A stretch of 64,000 nucleotides of DNA from positions 1 through 64,000 of IMG/VR virus record IMGVR_UViG_3300003322_000968; one strand, written 5' to 3'. The position numbers and the translations under genes were made by a program. How positions within the stretch are numbered: the stretch's first letter is position 1; the number at the start of each line of letters is the position of its first letter. The DNA comes from a virus. The notes beneath the pieces are model-generated. The model saw nothing but the letters and a program-made list of their open reading frames with translations, did not search any database and was not told the DNA's origin. Positions 57,383 through 64,000 of this stretch are shown here, piece by piece.

Positions 57383-57820
57383 TTAATCTTCAATTACGTG
57401 ACCATCTAAATTTAAAAGGAACAGGTGAATGTCTAAATCATTTCCCCTGAATATTTTACAACACTCATTCATTAAAAAGTCCATATGATGCGCATCCTGC
57501 TCATGTATTCCTTTTAAACAATCTGCCGCGCTATCGTCCGGGTTGTAAAGCTCACCGTTATTATATAACTCGGTCAGATACGTTTTGGCCTGTTCTAATG
57601 TTGTAATACCCTCAGGTAGTGTTGTTTTAATAAGTCGGGGCGCTGGCTTTTTGAGTTCCGTTAGTTTCCTTTTAGCAAGGGCCGTAACCACTTGTATTAT
57701 GTCGCATATTTCAAGGTCATTTAATTGCGCAGCGGCAGCAACTTCATTTGCCGCTTTAGCAATTGCAGCCGCTTTATTTATTTCAGCCAACTGTTCCGGC
57801 GTTAAATCTTTGTATTGCAT
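57383..57820 (-). CDS. Array gene: hypothetical protein
   Basis: 145 aa; YNPDDSAAD motif. Confidence 0.65.
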   Translation of the reverse strand: MQYKDLTPEQLAEINKAAAIAKAANEVAAAAQLNDLEICDIIQVVTALAKRKLTELKKPAPRLIKTTLPEGITTLEQAKTYLTELYNNGELYNPDDSAADCLKGIHEQDAHHMDFLMNECCKIFRGNDLDIHLFLLNLDGHVIED

Positions 57821-57870
57821 AAGAGTGTTTTATAAATAAAAAAACCCGCTTTAATGCGGGTTAATTGCTT

Positions 57871-57972
57871 TTAAAATAACAGAATCAATGTCATAATTAC
57901 CAACAAGGGAATAAGAGAACAATAAAGGACTATAAGCAACCGTGAATAGCATTCAGCAAATAATTGTTTCAT
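57871..57972 (-). CDS. Array gene: 33-aa membrane peptide (first gene of the array)
   Basis: MKQLFAECYSRLLIVLYCSLIPLLVIMTLILLF*. Confidence 0.55.
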   Translation of the reverse strand: MKQLFAECYSRLLIVLYCSLIPLLVIMTLILLF

Positions 57973-58021
57973 ACAAGTGTTTATAAAACAAAACCCCCGA
58001 ATACATTGCTGCAAACGGGGG

Positions 58022-58543
58022 CTTAAAACACTAGAGCAGGCAAAAGCCTGCCAAAAAACACTATAATTAACTAATAACAAACTTCTTATGGTTATAGCGT
58101 GTTATCTTCACAGCGTAACAGCGCTATAATAATTATATTGCTCGTTAGTCATTCAAATACAATCTCATTTAACCTAACTATTCAGCAAATGCATCTTACT
58201 GCAATGCTATTGTTCCACACAAATAAATGAGTATTGTAACCCGATTGCTATAATGTATAATTGAGCCATTATAGCGCGTAATGTATTACGCTTGCGCAGC
58301 AGTAGCGGTCAGTAGAGTGGAAACTCATTGGAGAGGCAATATTGCTATTGTCCCCGTCGCGCCCCTGGTAGGTGTTTATTGACCTGGATTTACAGGTGCT
58401 AGCCCATTACGGGCAACTAGCTGGCCAGCACTAACAAAATGTTAGCTTATTTACTGGCAATCGGTAATTAGAGCAATCCCTGGCTTGATCTATGTCAAAT
58501 AGCTAATTGTTATAGCAAGGTTTGAGCGCCTTTGCTGTAACAA
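58022..58543 (-). ncRNA. Candidate large structured leader / ncRNA
   Basis: No credible ORF; at least 8 helices including a multibranch domain closed by CCGATT(58241)/AATCGG(58464). Confidence 0.55.
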
Positions 58544-58546
58544 CAA

Positions 58547-58592
58547 TGCTAAGATAGTACATTTGTTACAATTGCAATACATTTGTAACAAA
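58547..58592 (-). promoter_or_regulatory. Promoter for the leader/array with an overlapping operator-like inverted repeat
   Basis: Minus-strand TTG-N18-TATCTTAGCA; TTTGTTACAA (58562)/TTGTAACAAA (58583) inverted repeat. Confidence 0.55.
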
Positions 58593-58641
58593 ATAAAATG
58601 TTAAATAGGTAAATAGTTGTAGTGAAGGTAGTTATAAAGCG

Positions 58642-59004
58642 TTATTGATCTGCATTAAAACCATTGCCATATTTACTGATCTTTATTTTCACAAGATGGT
58701 CAATTGTGTAATTAAATTGCTCTATAGTTTTAATTCCGTCAGTAGTTATTGCATACACTACATTTAATCCAACTTGATTGCGGGTTATGTTGTGGTTACC
58801 AACTAACCTGTTTATAGATTGCTGGTAAGAGCGTTTACTGATTACTCCATATTCTAAGCAAATAGTGTCATATAAAGCCCCGTAACTGTAATTGCTGAGC
58901 GGGAATGATAAGCATTGAAGCAGTAAGAGATCGATCTTTGTTGAGCCCCTCATTGCCCTAAGGGCCTGGTTTTGTGCCTGGGTGTATAGTGTACCAAAAT
59001 ACAT
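58642..59004 (-). CDS. Winged-helix (MarR/PadR-like) DNA-binding protein
   Basis: SYQQSINRLVGNHNITR.....VYAITTDG. Confidence 0.55.
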   Translation of the reverse strand: MYFGTLYTQAQNQALRAMRGSTKIDLLLLQCLSFPLSNYSYGALYDTICLEYGVISKRSYQQSINRLVGNHNITRNQVGLNVVYAITTDGIKTIEQFNYTIDHLVKIKISKYGNGFNADQ

Positions 59005-59306
59005 AGGTGATTAAGTAAATGATCGTTCACTTATGAGGGCGATTATTGTTCGTTATCGGATGTAACCAATCGGTTACGCATTATGCAATTGCCTGGTTTT
59101 CAATGGGGTGGGGGAGGGGCTAAAATTCTATTTAACATAAGATATATTATGACTTTGATTGTGAGTTTCGCCAGCTTTTGCGCAATATACAATATTATGG
59201 CCAAATCGCACCGAAACGGGGCAAATTGGACCCCACCCCATCTGAAAATTCGCGTTTTCCCCGGCAATTGCGGCCCGTATCATAATGTAATTAACACACC
59301 CTCTCG

Positions 59307-59843
59307 TCATTCTCCCTTGTTTTTAGGATATAACATATTCCAGATCAGCATCGCTCCCTGTCTTACTCCATTAGCCTGCCCTAATTTGTAGGGATCCTCC
59401 GTTTCGCTATTCTCAAATATAATTGTTTTAATCCATAGCTCTATATGTTCATTATACGCTGTCCAGTCCTGTACCTGAGCCTTGCTGGTTGGCGAATATA
59501 CTCGCCCAGGATTGATGCGCACCAGGTCTTTTACGATTTCATAAACTATTACATCTGCAGAATAGTTACTTGGCAGTTTTTTCTGTAGTAATACTAGCAA
59601 TGATTGTTTAAACTCCTTTGTTATATTACGCTTAGCGTCTGTCGAAAATAGTTGTGATATATATGTTTTGAGCCTAATTCGGTTTTTGTCATACACTTCC
59701 CTTGCAGTAGCAAGTGTATAATATTGAGAGTCAGGATCGTTTAGTAATTGATCTACCAAATCAGATTGGCTTTCAAATAGGGGGCCATTGCCAAAATTAT
59801 ACTCAAATAGTACAGCAAAAGCATTTGTTGGAAACTCGGTCAT
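59307..59843 (-). CDS. Hypothetical protein
   Basis: 178 aa; AAAACCCATATATG start context. Confidence 0.6.
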   Translation of the reverse strand: MTEFPTNAFAVLFEYNFGNGPLFESQSDLVDQLLNDPDSQYYTLATAREVYDKNRIRLKTYISQLFSTDAKRNITKEFKQSLLVLLQKKLPSNYSADVIVYEIVKDLVRINPGRVYSPTSKAQVQDWTAYNEHIELWIKTIIFENSETEDPYKLGQANGVRQGAMLIWNMLYPKNKGE

Positions 59844-59852
59844 ATATGGGTT

Positions 59853-60173
59853 TTATTGTAACAGGTCTCTTATATCAATAATTTCTGGTTTTACCCACTC
59901 GTCTTCAAATTGTCTTAATTGCCGGTCTTGGTTACACTTAAAACAGGCTAACACTTTAGTCTTTCTGCGCTCCAGGTTACGCCTTAGATCTACTTTGCTA
60001 TACAAGTGATCTGTTGTAGCCATAGTAGGAAATGGCTTGTAGTCACTCTGATTTACGCCTTTAGGCGGTGGTACAGTTTTAACCCCGCACCAATGACAAC
60101 GAAAACCAACTTTGTAGGCATGTCTTTTCCGCCATCTGGCATTGTTTCTTGTATCAACCCTGTATTTAGCCAT
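59853..60173 (-). CDS. Small HNH endonuclease
   Basis: CHWCG...ATTDHL...VLACFKCN. Confidence 0.8.
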   Translation of the reverse strand: MAKYRVDTRNNARWRKRHAYKVGFRCHWCGVKTVPPPKGVNQSDYKPFPTMATTDHLYSKVDLRRNLERRKTKVLACFKCNQDRQLRQFEDEWVKPEIIDIRDLLQ

Positions 60174-60254
60174 TCATTCTCTTTGCAATTGCATTACAAA
60201 ACGCATTCCAGGCAGTTGGTTACATATTGCTGTATTTCAAGGCCTTCCATAAGC

Positions 60255-60632
60255 CTAGGTTTTATCTTGCAGCTGCTCCAGCAGTTCTTTAACAGCAGAT
60301 CTAAAGGCCTTTTCTTCAAACAATGTCTTATAAACGCTATGCTTTAGTATGTTTGCAAAGCCCTCCCGGTCCTTAAATTGCCATTGCGTTAAAATCCCAT
60401 GAAGTATAGCAAATCTAACAGTTTCTGCGGCTTCATTAGAATTGGCTGGCTTTTGTTCTACTTCTTTTGCGTACCCCTCAAAATCTGGAGCTGGCATGCC
60501 CCATTTCTCTAGCAGAGGCAGTAGATCCCTTTCAGCGTATACAATCCTATTCGGGTCTTGCTCGTATACAATTTCAGCGTGGGAATGAATGGCAAATAGC
60601 TCTTTAGCCACTTCAACAGGTGTTAGCTTCAT
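60255..60632 (-). CDS. Hypothetical protein
   Basis: 125 aa; preceded by a hairpin and AAAACCCATATATG. Confidence 0.6.
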   Translation of the reverse strand: MKLTPVEVAKELFAIHSHAEIVYEQDPNRIVYAERDLLPLLEKWGMPAPDFEGYAKEVEQKPANSNEAAETVRFAILHGILTQWQFKDREGFANILKHSVYKTLFEEKAFRSAVKELLEQLQDKT

Positions 60633-60678
60633 ATATGGGTTTTAAATAGCCCCAGCTGTCACACCAGGGCTTTAATGT

Positions 60679-60897
60679 TTACTCTTCTTCAAAGTACAGG
60701 AAATAGTTTTTCTGCGGCTTAAAGAAGTTCGCTGCAGGCACCTCATTATCTATGCCGATATTGAGGGTGCCATTAGGCGTTGCCTTCGCAAAATCCTCAT
60801 TGCCTTCTCCTGTACCATATACTGCCGTAAGGTTGGCGCTTTTATTGTAACCGTTGTCAGTCACAGAGTTGCACCGGAATTTAGCTTTTACTTGCAT
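60679..60897 (-). CDS. Conserved small phage protein
   Basis: VKAKFRC...FAKATPNG...IDN..AA.FF. Confidence 0.7.
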   Translation of the reverse strand: MQVKAKFRCNSVTDNGYNKSANLTAVYGTGEGNEDFAKATPNGTLNIGIDNEVPAANFFKPQKNYFLYFEEE

Positions 60898-60956
60898 TAT
60901 AGGCTGTATGAACAGTTATAGAATGGGTATTGTACATACACCTAATGTAAGGAATT

Positions 60957-61295
60957 TTAGCTAACCTCTATCCATTGGCCATAAGCTTGCTTTATTTCCG
61001 GTATTATCGCTATTGCATATGGCCTACAGTTATTTTTAGCTGGCGAATCTTTGGATGCCAGTTTTATGCGCGCCATAGATGTAAACAGGTTTTTCATAGA
61101 GTAGGCGTATTTGTGGTTTCTGTTCTTTGTTATGAGCGCGCATATGTATGTTTGACCATTGCCAGCCCTACACTCTATTCGACTGGTGAGCCGCTTACCG
61201 TTTTCGTCGAAGGCAGTGTACTCCCATCTGTATTCTTCTATTTGTTTTACCTCAAGCGTAATGGCCTTGAGTTTGGCTTTTGTAATTACAGGCAT
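60957..61295 (-). CDS. Hypothetical protein
   Basis: 112-aa ORF. Confidence 0.55.
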   Translation of the reverse strand: MPVITKAKLKAITLEVKQIEEYRWEYTAFDENGKRLTSRIECRAGNGQTYICALITKNRNHKYAYSMKNLFTSMARIKLASKDSPAKNNCRPYAIAIIPEIKQAYGQWIEVS

Positions 61296-61408
61296 ATAAT
61301 GGGTTTAATTTTTGCGTTTAATTTTACTTAGGCGGAGTTTCACCACTATCAATCAATTCCCTAATACACCATTTAGTATTTTATATCTGAATTATCATAT
61401 ATCATGCC

Positions 61409-61693
61409 TTAGAGAATGCTAAAAACACAGCACCTTGGAAACCATATGATGTCATTATAGCGTAGTTTATCCATGATTAAATCATTGTCAATTCTCGCTT
61501 CAATGATCTCTTTATCAACACTTATCACTTGGGTCCAGAACCGCTCTCTATCTACACATACCTTTACGCTGTCACCTGATTTAATTTGATCAAGCTCTTC
61601 TTTGCTAGGCGCCTCAAAGGTTTCAGGATGCCTTATGGCCATAGCCTGCGCATCTATAAAGGTGATGTCATTGAAAGTAATAGAAGTATTCAT
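61409..61693 (-). CDS. DUF2314-like protein
   Basis: GDSVKV...ERFW..V......ARIDND. Confidence 0.55.
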   Translation of the reverse strand: MNTSITFNDITFIDAQAMAIRHPETFEAPSKEELDQIKSGDSVKVCVDRERFWTQVISVDKEIIEARIDNDLIMDKLRYNDIIWFPRCCVFSIL

Positions 61694-61905
61694 CGGCTAA
61701 TATTCTCTTTTAGCTCAAATATCGCAATAATGGTCTCCGTAAAACAGTCAGGGGTAGGGGTAGTGTAGATTTTCCAGTCCTTAAGCTTATAACCCCGCTG
61801 ATTATTACGGTTGATAATAGCCTCAAACTGTTGGCAGAGCAGGTTTGTCATTGGCGTATCCGCCTTCCAGCTCTTTGAAACCTCTGCAACTATGAATTTT
61901 TCCAT
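61690..61905 (-). CDS. Hypothetical protein
   Basis: 71-aa ORF coupled to the next gene. Confidence 0.55.
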   Translation of the reverse strand: MEKFIVAEVSKSWKADTPMTNLLCQQFEAIINRNNQRGYKLKDWKIYTTPTPDCFTETIIAIFELKENISR

Positions 61906-61956
61906 ATATGTTCTACATTATTTGTCTAAACCCGGGAAATTTGGCATTTTGGAGGA

Positions 61957-62343
61957 TTATGTATGACTTAATTTCGGCAAAACACCATCCTCAAATACTA
62001 CCAGCCAATATATGTTCTTGTCATCAATAAGCTCAGACTCAGCCGGATAGTATTCTACAGCCGTAGTCTCGGCCCCAAAGATCTCATTCTTTATTCTTTG
62101 TAGCTCACTCCAATGGTTTACAATAGGGGCGTCAAAATGGTTTTGTATAAGGACAAGCGTTACGGGTGATTTATCGGTAGGGTAGTTATCATAGATCATG
62201 ACCGTGTACCGATTATTACGGAAAGCTCGTGTCATACCAGGCGGAACAAAGGGATGAGCTTTCATATCAATCGGCTCAAACTTGCCTTCTGGCAGCTTTA
62301 ATAATTTCTGCGCGGCTAAGCGGCGCTGGCGTTTGGAATCCAT
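61957..62343 (-). CDS. Conserved phage hypothetical protein
   Basis: WSELQRIKNEIFG.E..AVEYYPAESELID..N. Confidence 0.7.
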   Translation of the reverse strand: MDSKRQRRLAAQKLLKLPEGKFEPIDMKAHPFVPPGMTRAFRNNRYTVMIYDNYPTDKSPVTLVLIQNHFDAPIVNHWSELQRIKNEIFGAETTAVEYYPAESELIDDKNIYWLVVFEDGVLPKLSHT

Positions 62344-62356
62344 GATAAGATTATAT

Positions 62357-62812
62357 TTACCTACTAACTTCAATTATAGCCTCTGGCCACTCTTGGCAGG
62401 CCGCTAAATATCTTGTTACAAACATAACCAGCCCCTCATAATTACCCCAGTTGTTTTTAGGGTTTAATTGTTTATAGTGCCCCGGCTTAGAAACCAATTC
62501 CCCAAGACCTAAGGTTAGGGGTTTTATCAGCTCCTTAGCAACATTGATCATAAGCTCTTCCGGAAACCACAATGCTTTATGAAGACCCGCCTCTTTTGCC
62601 ATTGGCATCAATTTGTGTGTTATGTTATAATGGAGCACTATATCAGTTAAGTTTTCACCTGGCTCAAATGTTACCGGTTCCCGACCTGGATGCAGTTCAT
62701 CCCACTCCTCCCGACTGATCTCAATAGTGGATCCGTCCCGCCGTATAAAAATACCACTGGAGGTTTTTGGCCTCAATATGCCCGGTGTCTTAAGATATAC
62801 ATCTAAGCTCAT
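62357..62812 (-). CDS. Conserved phage hypothetical protein
   Basis: MSLDVYL...NITH.L..MA..AG...NPKNNWGNYEG. Confidence 0.7.
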   Translation of the reverse strand: MSLDVYLKTPGILRPKTSSGIFIRRDGSTIEISREEWDELHPGREPVTFEPGENLTDIVLHYNITHKLMPMAKEAGLHKALWFPEELMINVAKELIKPLTLGLGELVSKPGHYKQLNPKNNWGNYEGLVMFVTRYLAACQEWPEAIIEVSR

Positions 62813-62990
62813 GCGCTTCTTATTGACTATATTTTAATAACAATTTTGGCATCCTATCAGATTTGCCACCCTCTTCAAAAAGCACCGTTTTAATAATTTC
62901 AGCTACATTATTAGTAATTTAATTCACTGAGGCCGCCTTTGTTGGCTTCAATGAATTGTTTAGTGAAATCAGGTGTCATAAATGATTGCT

Positions 62991-63344
62991 TTAAAAACTC
63001 CCCTTATACTCCAGCTGATACTCGCCCTTTAGAATATCGGGAATATTCTCAGGGCTATTGTACTTCTTGAACAGTTTTATGGCCCTATTAATGGACTTCT
63101 TTGCCTCATCAATAGTGTCACCGGCGCCATATATGCCTTTTACGTTATCTGCATAGGCGCTGTAGAAATCATCTATTTTCTCAATAACTATGGTTATGGT
63201 TTGCATATTGAATAGTTTGTCGAGCCGTTCTTTGGTTTCATAGGTGTAATCCTTATTAACATAACGCACATACGCGCACTCAGATGGCCAGCAGTCGCAT
63301 GTTAAACACTCGCCATTATGGTCAAAGCGGCAGGGGTGCATCAT
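62991..63344 (-). CDS. HicB-like antitoxin domain with a Cys-rich N-terminal extension
   Basis: IVIEK..D.YSAY...V.GIYGAGDTIDEAK.SI..AI; N-terminal CRFDHNGECLTCDC. Confidence 0.7.
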   Translation of the reverse strand: MMHPCRFDHNGECLTCDCWPSECAYVRYVNKDYTYETKERLDKLFNMQTITIVIEKIDDFYSAYADNVKGIYGAGDTIDEAKKSINRAIKLFKKYNSPENIPDILKGEYQLEYKGSF

Positions 63345-63880
63345 TTTATTTCCGGTTTATTCCTGCTATGCCATAACCTGGCACTTAATACATCAGCCGC
63401 GTGGCAAAGTGCGCCCAGTTCATTCATAACACGTTTATAGGGCGAATAATCGGCGCCTTCGCCTTCAATATACGTAAGCGCTAAAAGCTCCTCCTTTGTT
63501 AGCGTTATGTCATATTTAGAAATCATGTTCATCCTGAATTGCATTCTTTCCTTTTTTGACCATGGCTTATAATCGCCCATATCTCCAATAGCCAGCTGCA
63601 ATTGCATAAACGGCTTCTCGATATCATGCAGAAATAGCACCGATACCACGCTCGACCATGTGAAAGGCATCGGCCATGGGTCGTTCATCATCCTTCTGGC
63701 TATAGTCAAACAATCCGCCACATGCTGCAAATACCCGCCCTCCCAATCCTGGTGTTTATATAAGGATCCTTTTGCTATTGCCAGGGTGCCGGCATGATCA
63801 TCTAGGATCTTTTGTAGTTTAGGTGCGTTTTCGCCGGTGGATTTAATATAGCGGGTTATAAGGTAGAGCGGGTGCGGCAT
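63341..63880 (-). CDS. HD-domain phosphohydrolase
   Basis: HQDWEGGYLQH, LFLHDIEK, HAAD. Confidence 0.78.
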   Translation of the reverse strand: MPHPLYLITRYIKSTGENAPKLQKILDDHAGTLAIAKGSLYKHQDWEGGYLQHVADCLTIARRMMNDPWPMPFTWSSVVSVLFLHDIEKPFMQLQLAIGDMGDYKPWSKKERMQFRMNMISKYDITLTKEELLALTYIEGEGADYSPYKRVMNELGALCHAADVLSARLWHSRNKPEIK

Positions 63881-64000
63881 AAATTACCTGGTTTTATGAT
63901 ACTCGTCGGCTATTTTGTACCATTTATTATTACAAGGAACGAGCATTATAACCCCCTCGCTAAACAAATAACAGAATTTCTCGCCATTGTTAACAGCCAT

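Larger units (their letters stand above)
51846..58021 (-). repeat. Array of 18 'hairpin + U-tract + AAAACACTYRT + ATG' units preceding small genes
   Basis: Units end at start codons 51848, 52429, 52841, 53146, 53473, 53921, 54430, 54713, 55010, 55338, 55662, 56165, 56586, 56943, 57207, 57338, 57820, 57972; units at 51848, 52429, 52841 and 57338 are degenerate. Confidence 0.9.
1..64000. mobile_element. Temperate Bacteroidota bacteriophage with a crAss-like (podovirus) morphogenesis module; apparently non-integrated form (attP intact)
   Basis: TerL, portal, capsid, tail and lysis genes; integrase with attP arm sites on both sides of a core; CI/Cro pair; no host housekeeping genes. Confidence 0.9.

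Noticed and set aside
51846-58021. CRISPR array
   Set aside because: Repeats are degenerate and separated by 100-600 bp protein-coding genes, not constant-length spacers; no cas genes
51846-58021. Classical integron with attC sites
   Set aside because: No RYYYAAC...GTTRRRY ends, the hairpins carry terminator U-tracts, and the only integrase is a distant phage-type enzyme with its own attP; only the cassette-like layout is analogous
59104-59119. Intramolecular G-quadruplex
   Set aside because: Only three G-runs; better explained as one arm of the inverted repeat with 59231-59241
1-64000. Stop-codon reassignment as in some crAss-like phages
   Set aside because: Long genes are intact in the standard code, TAA, TAG and TGA are all used as stops, and I saw no tRNA gene

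Overview
The window is most of one bacteriophage genome from a Bacteroidota host: promoters resemble TAnnTT(T/A)G, translation starts are A-rich with no Shine-Dalgarno, and the genetic code is standard. Layout: (1) 1-8.4 kb, minus strand: accessory cluster of five glycosyltransferase-like and two methyltransferase-like genes, an Acb2/Tad1-like protein and GroES. (2) 8.45-40.0 kb, plus strand: crAss-like podovirus morphogenesis and lysis module (ring/adaptor proteins, muzzle, ejection proteins including a 1817-aa zincin/LPD38-like protein, TerL, portal, capsid, tail spike, holins, endolysin). No virion RNA polymerase is visible. (3) 40.3-50.7 kb: intact attP, tyrosine integrase, CI/Cro-like switch and recombination/replication genes, so the phage appears temperate. 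(4) 50.8-58.6 kb: the most unusual part. About 19 small minus-strand genes form an array in which almost every start codon is preceded by the same unit (GC hairpin + U-tract + AAAACACTYRT + ATG). The only promoter-like site I found at the head of the array lies upstream of a ~500-nt, helix-dense, non-coding leader. (5) 58.6-64 kb: a probable terminus/pac-like region and further small early genes. Non-coding signals read directly from the sequence include a bipartite late promoter with an exact 43-nt spacing, a co-oriented 13-mer dispersed over 49-54.5 kb, a 36-bp inverted leader repeat and several small antisense-RNA candidates. All protein assignments come from motif recognition and gene order; no database search was run.
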